From Octopus sinensis (Eukaryota), in contig NC_043010.1 of NCBI RefSeq assembly GCF_006345805.1, positions 13,702,001 to 13,766,000 on the forward strand: a DNA stretch of 64,000 nt, given 5' to 3'. The translations under genes and the position numbers were made by a program. Each line of letters starts with the position of its first letter. Position 1 is the first letter of the stretch. This document shows positions 44,712-55,819 of this stretch, piece after piece. The notes below the pieces were generated by a model. It had not been told where the DNA came from and did not search any database. It was given only the letters and a program-made list of their open reading frames with translations.

Positions 44712-47307
44712 ATATTGTTCATTCATCATCGTTTAACGTTCGCTTTCCATAATGAGGAGGGAACCAGGCTGCTGGAGTTCTGTGATCAAATGATCTTATG
44801 GTTTGTAACACTAACTTCAGGAAACCTGCCAGTCACATAATCACCTACCAATCTGGTAGACACACTAGTCAAATTGACTACATCCTCACCAGGGAACGGG
44901 AAAGATGGTTACTTATAAATGCTAAAACCTTCCGAGATGAAGAATGCACATCACAACATAGATTAGTAGTTAGCAAACTTCAGTATCAGGGCTAAATGGA
45001 TGCACAGAAGACGACCAGCATGGAGAAGAAGGGTCTGGAAGCTTAAGGATCCTATGAATGGACAGAGATTTAGAGATGTATTACTTGAAGCTTTTGACAA
45101 AATAGAGGGGGATATGGTATCACATGATGTGGAAGACAACCGGAGGTTTCCATGGGGCAACCGGTTGAGGGCCACTGACCAGATCTGTGGATGGCGCAAA
45201 GTCCCCTCTCAACCCAAGGTAACGTGGTGGTGGAACAATGTAGTTGACAGGGCCGTTAGGGAAAAGAAACAGGCATGGAATGACTGGAAGAATGGTGGTA
45301 GCAGGGAATTGTATCAAACTGCCAGAAGGGAAGCTAGGAGGTAGGTTTATTTAGCCAGAGAGGAAGCAGATAAAAAAAATTTGCCAATGTTCTGCGTCAT
45401 GAGGACCAAAGACTTGAGGTGTTTCATGTTGCAATGAAACACCTCAAGAAAGAGAATCATGATGTCATAGAAGAGAAATGTGTCCGCATGGATGATGGTT
45501 CACTTGCATTTAACAAGGTTGCAAGGAGAGAGGTTTGGAGACGCCGCTATGAAAGGTTGCTAAATGAAGAGAATGAATGGGAGAAAGAGAGTTTGCCGAA
45601 TGTCAACCCAACAGAGGGACCAGATATCCGAATTGACAGTATCTTGGTAGATAAAGCAATTAAGGGTATGAAGACAGGGAAAGCCCCTGGCCCATCAGGA
45701 ATCACCACAGAGTTGCTTAAAATATCTGGCGGTATTGGCTATAGTCTAGTCAACCAGGTGGTACATGAAGGAGTCATACCCAATGACTGGTGTAGCAGCA
45801 CCATAGTCAACTGCTACAAAGATAAAGGTGACACATTAGATACAAATAATTACAGAGGTATCAAGTTGTTGGATCAGGTAATGAAAGTAACGGAGAGGGT
45901 CATAGCCCACTTAATTAGGGAGAGAGTCAGTCTATATGAGATGTAGTTTGGGTTTGTGCCAGGGAAAAGCACCACTGATGCTATATTTCTGGTAAGACAG
46001 CTGCAGGAGAAATACCTAGCCAAAGATAAACCTCTGTAACTGGCTTTTGTTGACATGGAGAAAGCCTTTGAAAGGGTCCCCTGATCCCTTATCTGATGAT
46101 CAATGAGGAAACTATGGATAGATGAATAGTTAGTGTGAGCTGTACAAGGTATGTATGTACAGGGTTGGCAACGAGTATAGTGAAGAATTCCGAGTAGGGC
46201 TAAGGGTCCACCAAAGATCAGTCCTCAGCCCCCTCTTATTCATCATAGTCCTCCAGGCAATAACAGAGGAATTCAAGACAGGATGCCTTTGGGAGCTTCT
46301 CTATGCTGATGACCTTGCTCTAATAACTGAGTCATTATCTGAACTAGAGAAGTTTCAGGTGTGAAAGCAAGGATTAGAATCGAAGGGCCTTAGTGTCAAC
46401 CCAGCAAAAACCAAACTCTTAATAAGTAGGAAGGCAGACAAACCACAAATCCCTTCAGGTAGATGGCCCTGCTCAATCTGTAGAAAAGGCGTAGGTAGAA
46501 ACTCTATAAGGTGCACCTGGTGTAAGCTATGGACACATAAGAGGTGCAGCAATATCAAAGGAAGGCTAACTGGGATGATAGTTTTTGTGTGTGGCAAATG
46601 CTCAGGAGCAATAAATACTGAAAATGTGCAGAGAACAGCTTCTGTCACATTCCAGGGGTAAAAGCTACAAGTAGCTGATAGCTTCCATTACCTAGGTGAC
46701 CAAGTTAGTAGCTGGGGTGGATGCTCTAAAAGTGTAGCTGCTAGAGTAAAGGATAGCCTGGGCAAAGTTCAGAGAGCTCTTACCTCTGATGGTGACAAAG
46801 GGACTCTCACTCAGAGTAAAAGGTGGACTGTATGACACATGCGTGCAAACAGCTATGCTACATGGCAGTGAAACATGGGCCATGACTGCTGAGGACATGC
46901 GCAAGCTTGCTAGGAATGAAGCCAGTATGCTCCAATGGATGTGTAATGTCATACACAACAGAGTGAAAGTGCCTTGAGAGAAAAGTTGGACTTAAGAAGC
47001 ATCAGATCTAGTGTGCAAGAGAGACGACTGCACTGGTATGGTCATGTGCTGCGAATGGATGAGGACAGCTGTGTGAAAAATTGTCACACCCTAGCAGTTG
47101 AGGGAACTTGCAGAAGAGGTAGACCCAGGAAGACCTGGGATGAGGTGGTGAAGCATGACCTTCAAATATTGGGCTTCATCAAGGCAATGACAAGTGACCG
47201 AGATCTTTGGAGATATGCTGTGCTTGAGAAGACCCAGCAAGCCAAGTGAGACCATAACCATGGCCTATGCCAGTGCTGTATAACCAGCCCATTTAAGAGT
47301 ACCCTTT
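44712..47307 (+). mobile_element. RTE-clade LINE, inactive (APE C-terminus, RT, PHD-like insert), with short inverted 3' tail at the left junction
   Basis: Translations include EEGTRLLEFC, SQIDYIL (APE), KAPGPSG, NYRGIKLL, QFGF..GKSTTDAIF, LLYADDL, YLG and RRLHWYGHV, plus RGRPRKTW (typical RTE C-terminus). Many stops and frameshifts. Confidence 0.92.
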
Positions 47308-48264
47308 ATATATACATGTATGTATGCATGTATGTGTGTATATGAAGTAGTGCCCCAAAGTTATATTTAGTTTAAATAGTAACTTCAAACATATGAAAGC
47401 TGAAGTTAAAACTTTTATAGCAAAAAAACGAAAAAAATTGCATTAAATTTGGTATTTCTAAATGAAAAGAAGTTGCTAACTTCATTAATAAGAATTTTCC
47501 TCATCAAGTCACACAAACCCATTTCAGAACTGTCTTTCACCTACAAAGCTCATCAAGTCAAAATCCTGAGGAAATTCATACTTCTATCCATTAAATTAAT
47601 GTAATTTAATTGTAATTGAAACCTGATATTAATAAATAAATTTATAATGTTTTCTTGATATTATTTTCTACATTTGTATTTTATCTTTGGGTAGAGGGAA
47701 GAGACATAGTTATCATACTCTACTTACATAACCAAGAAATATATATGGCAGCAATCATTTCATAGTCACAATTACAATTTGCTGCTAAAGCTCGAATACA
47801 TTTTAAAGTGGAGCAAAATGACTGAGATTTGTTTTCTAAGACTGAAATCTAATTAGGTTAACAAAGTTATTTGAAATAATTTGATTACAGCATATAAAAT
47901 CAAATTTGAGACAAATGAAGTGTGTGAAAGAAACTCGTAGACACCACAAGTTTTCTTTAGCACTTTCACATGTAACAAAACACGTTTGTTACAGAGAAAT
48001 TTAATAATACTTTCAGTGTAAGGTTTGCAATTACTGCTATTAGAATTTGAAAAGAAGATTAGACGAAAATGAATGCATCATAAACTATGATAAAATTAGA
48101 TGTTTGTAAAAGAGTTTTGTAGGAAAATGTAAACATAATTTAGTGTATACACAAATTACACTTTTACAGTGAAAGGCAATTTCTATTATGAAGCATCTGA
48201 ACAATATAAAGTGTACACATGGAAATATGGTTTGTTCCAGTACATATAGAGAATAGGTTACAAG

Positions 48265-50358
48265 TTAAATAGTTCTTTGAACAGAATCTTGAGAGTTCAA
48301 AGCTAATTCCTTTGTTTTATTCTGTTTCTGTTCATGAGCAAGAGGCCCAGGCACATTGTGCCAAGATGAAGATGACATTGGTCCCATGGGGAAACCGCGA
48401 GGCCATAAATAGTTATTCTCCCAGTTAGGAGGAATCTCATGGAGATACGATGCTGCCATCCAAGAAGAAGACACTGAAGATGGTGGTAGCCTCATGGAAG
48501 CAGTCATCTGTGATTCCAGTCGACGTCGTTCCTCCATCATAGCTGAAGGGTGGTGGTGATGGTGGTGATGATGATGGTGATGACGATGAAGAGAACGGTC
48601 TTGGTTCGGGTTGTTATTACTAGTGGAATCATTGTTAGAGGATACTTCATTACTACTGCTCACTGGTACAGAACTGTTATATTTACTAGACATGGAGATT
48701 TGTTTGTGAGAAGAGAAAGAAGAATCTTTGTCAACATTGCAATTATACGGTTGTTTTCCAAGAACACTTTTCATACTATTTTGCTTTTCAGAAAGAGTTT
48801 TATTACAAGACATAGTTTCACATTCAGAATTATTGTTTGCAGAACCAGTGCTGGTGTGAGTGCGTATGTGATTATTTAAATTACCTCTTTGGGAAAAAGC
48901 TTTTCCACACAGATTACAAGAATAAGGTTTTTCGCCCGTGTGTATTCGCATGTGTGTCTTCAAGTTACCTTGCTGACTGAATGACTTGGAACAGATTGTA
49001 CACTGAAAGGGTTTCTCCCCAGAATGGACCCGTTCGTGATTGTTCAAGTGAATTTGTAAAGTGAAAGCTTTGGGGCAATAAGAACATTTGAATAACTCTC
49101 CGGTATGAATTCGTTTGTGATTGTCAAGATTTGTCTTTTGACTAAACGTTTTACCACATTCCATACAGGTAAAGGGTCGAACCCCTGTGTGTATTCGCAT
49201 GTGAATACTAAGGTTCCCAAGTTGACTGAAAGATTTTGGACAAAAATTACACTGGTAGGGCTTTTCTCCGGTATGAACCCTTTCGTGGTTCTTCAAAGCA
49301 GTTTGCTGGCTAAAAGATTTTGAACAGAAAGAGCAAGTGAAGGGCCTCTCCCCGGTATGAATACGCTCATGATTTCGAAGATTAATCTGTTGATAGAAGG
49401 CTTTTGGACAAAATGAACATTTAAATAACTCACCAGTATGTATACGCCTATGACTATCTAAGTTAGTCCTTTGGCTAAAGGCTTTCCCACAATCGGAACA
49501 TTTATAAGGTTTTTCTCCCGAATGGGTTCGTAAATGAATGCTGAGGTTACCGAGTTGCGAGAAAGATTTATCACAAACAGTACAATGGTAAGGACGTTGG
49601 CCCGTGTGGATCCGTTCGTGGTTTTTTAAAGCCGTTTGTTGACTGAAAGGACGACTACAAACCGAGCACTGATACGGTTTTTCCCCTGTGTGAATCCGTT
49701 CGTGATTACGTAAATTAATTTCCAATGTGAATTCTTTAGAACATGTGGTACAGGTAAAGAGATCCCCCGTGTGGATGCGTTTATGGCTGTCTAGATTAAC
49801 TTTCTGAGTAAAAGTGCGATCACAGGAATCACAAGAGTAAGGACGATTACCAGAGTGGGTCCTCATATGTGTATTCAAGTTACCTTGCTGGCTGAAGGCT
49901 TTAGGGCAAACATTACAAAGGAAGGGCTTTTCCCCAGAATGAATTCTCTGATGATTACGTAGGTTAACTTGTTGACTAAATGTTTTATCACAATCATTAC
50001 AGTTGAAAGGTTTTTCACCGGTATGTACTCGTTCGTGGTTCTTCACAAAGATTTGCTGTGAGAAAGCTTTTTCACAGTAGCTGCAGTAATAATGCTTGTC
50101 CCCTGCTGCGGAACGCTCATGATTATCAAGATTAACTCTGCGTGCAAAACCTTTTCTACATATTTCACATTTGAAGGGCTTTTCTTGAGATGGGTGGGTT
50201 TTAAGGTTCTCAGGTTGAGATTTTGAATTTTTGTTTTCTAAACTTGGCAATGATTGCAGATTGGAATGCGAATGTTGGTCATTTTGGAAAAACCCTTGAT
50301 TTTGGACTTCAAAATTTAAATGGTTTCCTACAGGATACATCGGTTGGATTGGATACAT
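48265..50358 (-). CDS. C2H2 zinc-finger protein ZF2 (16 fingers, the first lacking its second His; C-terminal Ser/Asn-rich and poly-His region)
   Basis: 697-aa ORF; fingers at 48856-50175 with H(T/S)GEKP/HTGEL linkers; in-frame stop about 33 codons upstream of the ATG; candidate acceptor tttaatatattttcAG ending at 50511. Confidence 0.95.
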   Translation of the reverse strand: MYPIQPMYPVGNHLNFEVQNQGFFQNDQHSHSNLQSLPSLENKNSKSQPENLKTHPSQEKPFKCEICRKGFARRVNLDNHERSAAGDKHYYCSYCEKAFSQQIFVKNHERVHTGEKPFNCNDCDKTFSQQVNLRNHQRIHSGEKPFLCNVCPKAFSQQGNLNTHMRTHSGNRPYSCDSCDRTFTQKVNLDSHKRIHTGDLFTCTTCSKEFTLEINLRNHERIHTGEKPYQCSVCSRPFSQQTALKNHERIHTGQRPYHCTVCDKSFSQLGNLSIHLRTHSGEKPYKCSDCGKAFSQRTNLDSHRRIHTGELFKCSFCPKAFYQQINLRNHERIHTGERPFTCSFCSKSFSQQTALKNHERVHTGEKPYQCNFCPKSFSQLGNLSIHMRIHTGVRPFTCMECGKTFSQKTNLDNHKRIHTGELFKCSYCPKAFTLQIHLNNHERVHSGEKPFQCTICSKSFSQQGNLKTHMRIHTGEKPYSCNLCGKAFSQRGNLNNHIRTHTSTGSANNNSECETMSCNKTLSEKQNSMKSVLGKQPYNCNVDKDSSFSSHKQISMSSKYNSSVPVSSSNEVSSNNDSTSNNNPNQDRSLHRHHHHHHHHHHHPSAMMEERRRLESQMTASMRLPPSSVSSSWMAASYLHEIPPNWENNYLWPRGFPMGPMSSSSWHNVPGPLAHEQKQNKTKELALNSQDSVQRTI

Positions 50359-50510
50359 AGTACTGTTCTTTGGTAGAAATATGGCATCAGTGATTATCAG
50401 TTTTTCTTCTCTTTTACCATTAATGTGTTTCAGGTGATGTTAATATAAATCCAGTTAATATTACTCCAACTAATATTTACCATCCAGTTAGAACTTGTTG
50501 CATCAGTAAG

Positions 50511-50530
50511 CTGAAAATATATTAAAGTAT
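50511..50530 (-). promoter_or_regulatory. Splice acceptor of the ZF2 coding exon
   Basis: Minus strand reads ctttaatatattttcAG, followed by 152 nt of leader before the ATG at 50358. Confidence 0.55.
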
Positions 50531-50594
50531 AATTTCATATTAATAATTTGGATAGATTATGAAGATATATAAAAAGAAATTTTTTATATACACA

Positions 50595-50990
50595 CTAGCA
50601 GTATCGCCCGGCGTTGCTCGGGTTTGTAAGGGAAATAACTATAAAGCATTTTTAGAGAGTTATAGCCGAAAAATAGCAAAAAAATCCATTAAAAATGGAA
50701 AAAAATATGATGGTAAATTTTTTTTTAAATCGTTGACTCATCATAGACATTTTTAGAGAGTTACTTCCCTTATATTTAAAAAATATGCATTAAAATGGAA
50801 AAAAAATGATGGTAAATTATTTTTTAAATCGTAGACTCATCGTAGACGCGCGCTAATACCCAGAAGGGCTCGATATGAATCACGACTATAAGATACCCGG
50901 TTTTGGTTAAACTGCACCGCAAAATGTGGGAGTAGTTAGGAATTTAAATCGGAGTAGACAGACACACAACCTTACTTTTATATATAAAGA
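50595..50990 (-). mobile_element. Non-autonomous Helitron, family H2 (likely in the intron upstream of the ZF2 coding exon)
   Basis: Minus strand: A|TCTTTATATATAAAAG ... cccgagcaacgccggg hairpin, cgatactgCTAG|T; internal ~90-bp duplication. Confidence 0.85.
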
Positions 50991-51539
50991 TATTACCTAT
51001 GCATAGAGTCATAGTATAATTGGTAATAGTTACAATACTACTAAAAATTATTGAGACTTTTAAAATAACAATCAATTAATTTTTAATAACTTTGATCCAT
51101 TAACATAAGCATTATTTTATTTTAAATAACTTCAACAGAAAATTAGGAGTCTTTTACATCTGCCAAACATATCGAGCTTTGAGTGGTTGGTGATATCTTG
51201 GAAGACCCAAACACTTGTACTCTCTCCATATTCTCTAACTACCAATATCTTAGATGCCCCCCAACCCCTGAACTGCCAAATCAAGATACATTTTTTAATG
51301 GGTAAGAAACAGTCCCCCACTCCACAAGATGGATGAAATTGATAAAGTTGAACATATGTAAGTTAATATTTTGAGGGAAAGTATGGGCAGAAAGGAAGGA
51401 GTCAGAAAGAGTTTGACATTTTGAAGGGAGTGATGGGGTTGGGTGAAGTGCTCGGAGTAGGGTCTGGAAGATGCAGTAAGAATGCAAAGAGGCATTCTGA
51501 TCTTCCTTGAAAACATGTCTGACCATGGGGAAATATTAC

Positions 51540-51675
51540 TTTGGTTAGAAGCAGTTGCAGGTTGGCAACAGGAAGGGTACCCAGCCATAGAAAATTTGCT
51601 TCAGCAACTTCCATCTGATCCATACGATTCATAGAAAAGGTAAATGTTAAAATGATGATGATGATGATGATGTAT
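51540..51675 (+). mobile_element. Degenerate RTE-type 3' tail
   Basis: gttggcaacaggaagggtacccagccatagaaaa ... gttaaaatgatgatgatgatgatg; reverse-complement homology to 52587-52720. Confidence 0.5.
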
Positions 51676-52076
51676 GCATTGGTGAATTGGAAGTTAAGTA
51701 GATAGTAAATATGGTGGCTTTCTCCATGAGAATATGTTTCATCAAGGAGGTAACCTGCAGAAATCTGACCAGTTAGCCAATTTGAATACTCTAGATTTTA
51801 GAGGTGAAATGTATTGCGCAATGTGTATATGTGTGGTGGCTAGCTGCCATTAAGCAGTGGTCAGATGATTTGATAGGAGTAATGATGACAATAGTTTGGT
51901 AAAAGCTGGTCTGGAAGTGACAAAGAGATCAGATGTGTTTGGATTGTATGTTTATTAGACACTATTAGATACTAAATGTTACAAAAAGTATGCCAGACAT
52001 TTTGGCTGCAAGTTATATGGTATTCCATTTTAAGTGTATTCATCCACTTCTCTCTCTCTCTCTCTCTCTCTCTGTG

Positions 52077-52128
<52 letters not shown>

Positions 52129-52586
52129 CCCCAAGAAAATTACAAGAAAATCATATTTTAATTACTATCAACCTTTTGATACAGGACCACCTGAGGTCAT
52201 TTTTCTTCTATTATAGAAAACTGTCAATTTCGAAGTATTCATGTTTAAATTAAATCTCACTGCTATGATTTTGTGAACCTTTCATTAAATTATGTCCCAG
52301 ACAGTAGATTAATAATGAAAAAAAAAAGTTATTTTATTTTCAAAATTTATTGAAATGCAAAAGTAGTATATTTTATTAGAAATGTGGTCACAAAAAATTT
52401 AAAGCAGAATAATTTTCATAATTCTTATGTTAGCTTTTACTGATTTTATACTGTTTGTTTTTAAGGAACAAGATATGGGGTTGTATGACATACTCCTTAC
52501 AAGGGCATTAGCAGTGTGATTTGAAGTGCTTTAACTGGAGACTAATAACTACATCATTGCTTGGTTTGAAGGAAGCTTACATTTCA

Positions 52587-52985
52587 TTATCATCATCATT
52601 TAACATCCGTTTTTCATGCTAGCATGGGTTGGACGGTTTTGACCGAGGGCTGGCAACCAGATGGCTGCATCAGGCTCCAGTCTTGATCTAGCAGAGTTTC
52701 TACAGCTGGATGCCCTTCCTAACGCCAACCACTCCAAGAGTGTAGTGGGTGCTTTTTACGTGCCACCTGCACGGGGGCCACTCAGGCAGTACTGGCAATG
52801 ACCTCGCTCGAATCTTTTTACACGTGCCAGTGAAGCGGCGTTGGTAACGATCACGCTCGAATGGTACCCTTTTACGTGCCTTGGGTACGGAAGCCAGTTG
52901 GCTGCTCTGGCAACGATCATGCTAGGATGGTGTTCTTAGCCCCCTACTAGCAGAGGCATAAGTGCCAGTAAGGCGACGCTGGTAA
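52587..52985 (-). mobile_element. RTE-type LINE 3' end with (TGA)n tail and subrepeats
   Basis: catcatcatttaacatccgtttttcatgc tail, then ggatgcccttcctaacgccaacc; homologous to 22030-22460. Confidence 0.7.
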
Positions 52986-53207
52986 AATTAAATTCAAATT
53001 TAGAAGCAGTGAGTAGCAGAAAATTTTACAGTGAAGTATTTAATCCCGTCTCTTTATGTTCCGAGTTCAAATATCACCAAGTTTGAATTTGCCTTTAATC
53101 CTTCTGAGCATTGATTAAATAGTAGCAACGAGATATTGAGATTGATTAAGTCAATTATATGCTTTCCCTATAAAATAATGGTCTTCTGTCAATGTGAGAA
53201 TTCAATA

Positions 53208-53583
53208 TCTCTATATATATAAACAGCAAAATGTCTGTCTGTGTGTGTGTGTATGTGTCCTTTATACAAATCCACAATTTTTCAGTTAGTGGGCTCGCAC
53301 TTTCTATGGTCCTTGAAAACCATCCAAGGGTGGTCGTGCACATCTTTACATTTCCCCAGTCACCCCGCAAAGCCATTAAAAAATCAACAGAAGTGACTTT
53401 TTTGTGAATTTTCTATCCAAAACCCAATCAAAATGCCCGAAACTTGATACGTCAATTGAATGCCAGCTAGCTGTATGTGATTGGTTGGAGATTTGGACAG
53501 TACTCGCGTGGATGTGTGCACGCACGCAGCTGTATATGCATGCACTAGCAGTATGACCTGGCGTTGCCGGGTCATAGTGCTAG
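53208..53583 (+). mobile_element. Non-autonomous Helitron, family H1 copy 3
   Basis: A|TCTCTATATATATAAA ... hairpin ... CTAG|T. Confidence 0.85.
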
Positions 53584-54044
53584 TTAATTCTAATAAAAGG
53601 CAGGAGAGTGTCAGAAGTGGTAGAGCACTTTCGGTATTTAAAATCATTCCTCTACATTCTAAGTCCAGCTCTCATTAGTAACAATATAGCTTTTTATTCC
53701 TCCAAGGTTTATAACATAAGTTCAGACATGAACTGGTTTTAATTCAATCAACCACATCATTTCCAACACATGTAATTTTTGGATGAAATCATAAATAATT
53801 TAAGTTATCAGCCTTTCATGTAAAATTGTGGATGGTTCTACATAAATCACTGTAGTTCCAGTAAAACTCCTTCATCACCAAATGAAAAAAAGATTACATA
53901 ATCAGACGATATGCCTTGACTACCACATTGTATCCTGCCATCAACCATAATATGAAAAGAGCATGTGCTGTGGTCCTAGACCAAGCATGCACAACCTTTT
54001 ACAAGAAGTGGGTCACAGGAGACATGGTATATCATCAGGCGGTG

Positions 54045-54315
54045 AGCTGGCAGAATCGTTAGCACGCCGGGCGAAATGTGCAGCAGTATTTTGTCTGCTG
54101 TTATGTTCTGAGTTCAAATTCAGCCGAGGTCGACTTTGCCTTTCATCCATTCCTGCTGCTGCCTTTCCCTTGGATAACACTGGTGGCATGGAGAGGGGAG
54201 GCCAGTATGCATGGGTGACTGCTGGTCTTCCACAAAACCACCTTGCCCAGACTTGTGACTAGGAGGGTAACTTTCTAGGTGCAATCCATTGGTCAGTGTC
54301 GTGACCGAAGGCGGT
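54045..54315 (+). mobile_element. Chimeric SINE: family-B head plus family-E tail
   Basis: Switch near a shared GCCTTTC (54138-54167). Confidence 0.75.
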
Positions 54316-54632
54316 CCCGATTCAATATGATAGGTATGCAGGTATTCCGAAAATACCTCATGCAATGACAACTGTACCCTGTATAGTTAGGGGCTGTCCT
54401 GAGGCAAGGCATAGCACCTGTTCAGTCACTCTGCCAGGGATATAGCAAAGTCATGGTGGATTCTGAAGAGGCTGTGGAAGATCTCAATTGAACCAACAGT
54501 GATTCTTATACTGATGCTGAGCAAAGGAATCCTACAAAATCAGCAATCAGGATCGCTAAGCTCCATCAAGAGCGTAACTGCATTGCATCCATAAGGATGG
54601 TGTCCATGGTTGTGTATTCAGTTAGCAACAGA

Positions 54633-54942
54633 TTTTGTTGTTTGTTCCTTCTCGAGCCATGCCTGGCCCATAAGGGCCGGTTTCCCGGTTTCTTGGCGTA
54701 TAGGTTCCCTACCTGGATGGGACGCCAGTCCGTCGCAGGTGAGCTGCAAGATGCAGGAGGAAAGAGTGAGAGAAGGTTGTGATGAAAGAGTTAGCAGAAG
54801 TTTCGCCATTATCTTCTGCCGGAGCCGCGTGGAGCTTAGGTGTTTTCGCTCATAAACACACACATCGTCCGGTCTAAGATTCGAACCCGCGATCCTTCGA
54901 CCGCGAGTCCGCTGCTCTAACCACTAGGCCATGTGCCTCCAC
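54633..54942 (-). mobile_element. SINE family C
   Basis: Reverse complement of 17336-17645. Confidence 0.9.
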
Positions 54943-55081
54943 AAGAAAAGATTCATTGTCTCAAACTTCCAATTCAAATTCATATGAGCACTAGAAATGG
55001 ATGACAACAAAGAGTCATGGGAATCCATGCAAGCAGCGTAACTGGATGAACATTCAGCATCATATATCCAATGTGTCTGTA

Positions 55082-55478
55082 TACTCTTTTACTTGTTTCA
55101 GTCATTTGACCGCGGCCATGCTGGAGCACCACCTTTAGTCGATCAAATCGACCCCGGGACTTATTCTTTGTAAGCCCAGTACTTATTCTATTGGTCTCTT
55201 TTGCCGAACCGCTAAGTGACGGGGACGTAAACACACCAGCATCGGTTGTCAAACAATGCTAGGGGGACAAACACAGACACACAAACCCACACACACTTAT
55301 ATATATATATACATATATACGACAGGCTTCTTTCAGTTTCCGTCTACCAAATCCACTCACAAGGCATTGGTCGGCCCGGGGCTGTAGCAGAAGACACTTG
55401 CCCAAGATGCCATGCAGTGGGACTGAACCCGGAACCATGTAGTTGGTTAGCAAGCTACTTACCACACAGCCACTCCTG
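55082..55478 (-). mobile_element. Family-A SINE
   Basis: Full-length copy. Confidence 0.9.
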
Positions 55479-55819
55479 TTTATTTATTAATTCATGACTC
55501 ACACTCTATTGGTACTCTAGTTCTCCATCAGTTTTGGTAAGTGCTCAGTTGTTCAATCAACTGACTGATCTGTTTGTTGAATTAGCGAGTACGTGGTTGA
55601 GCACTCCACAGACACATGTCCCCACAGTGTGTAACAAGGCTGGACCTTTGAATGACAGACACAATTCATCTGATGGGCTGAGGCTACTTCCGAAAGATAA
55701 CTACACAGTGGGGCCAAACCCAGAACTTTGGGGGTTATGAAATGAACTTCTTTATCATTCAACCATGTTACATTTAGCAATCATTGTCAGGCCAGTTTTT
55801 GTTTCTATTTTAATACTAT

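Noticed and set aside
45000-47249. RTE ORFs as an active retrotransposon or host gene
   Set aside because: Multiple stops and frameshifts; 5'-truncated.
48550-49323. Plus-strand ORFs over ZF2
   Set aside because: Antisense shadows of the poly-His and finger codons.
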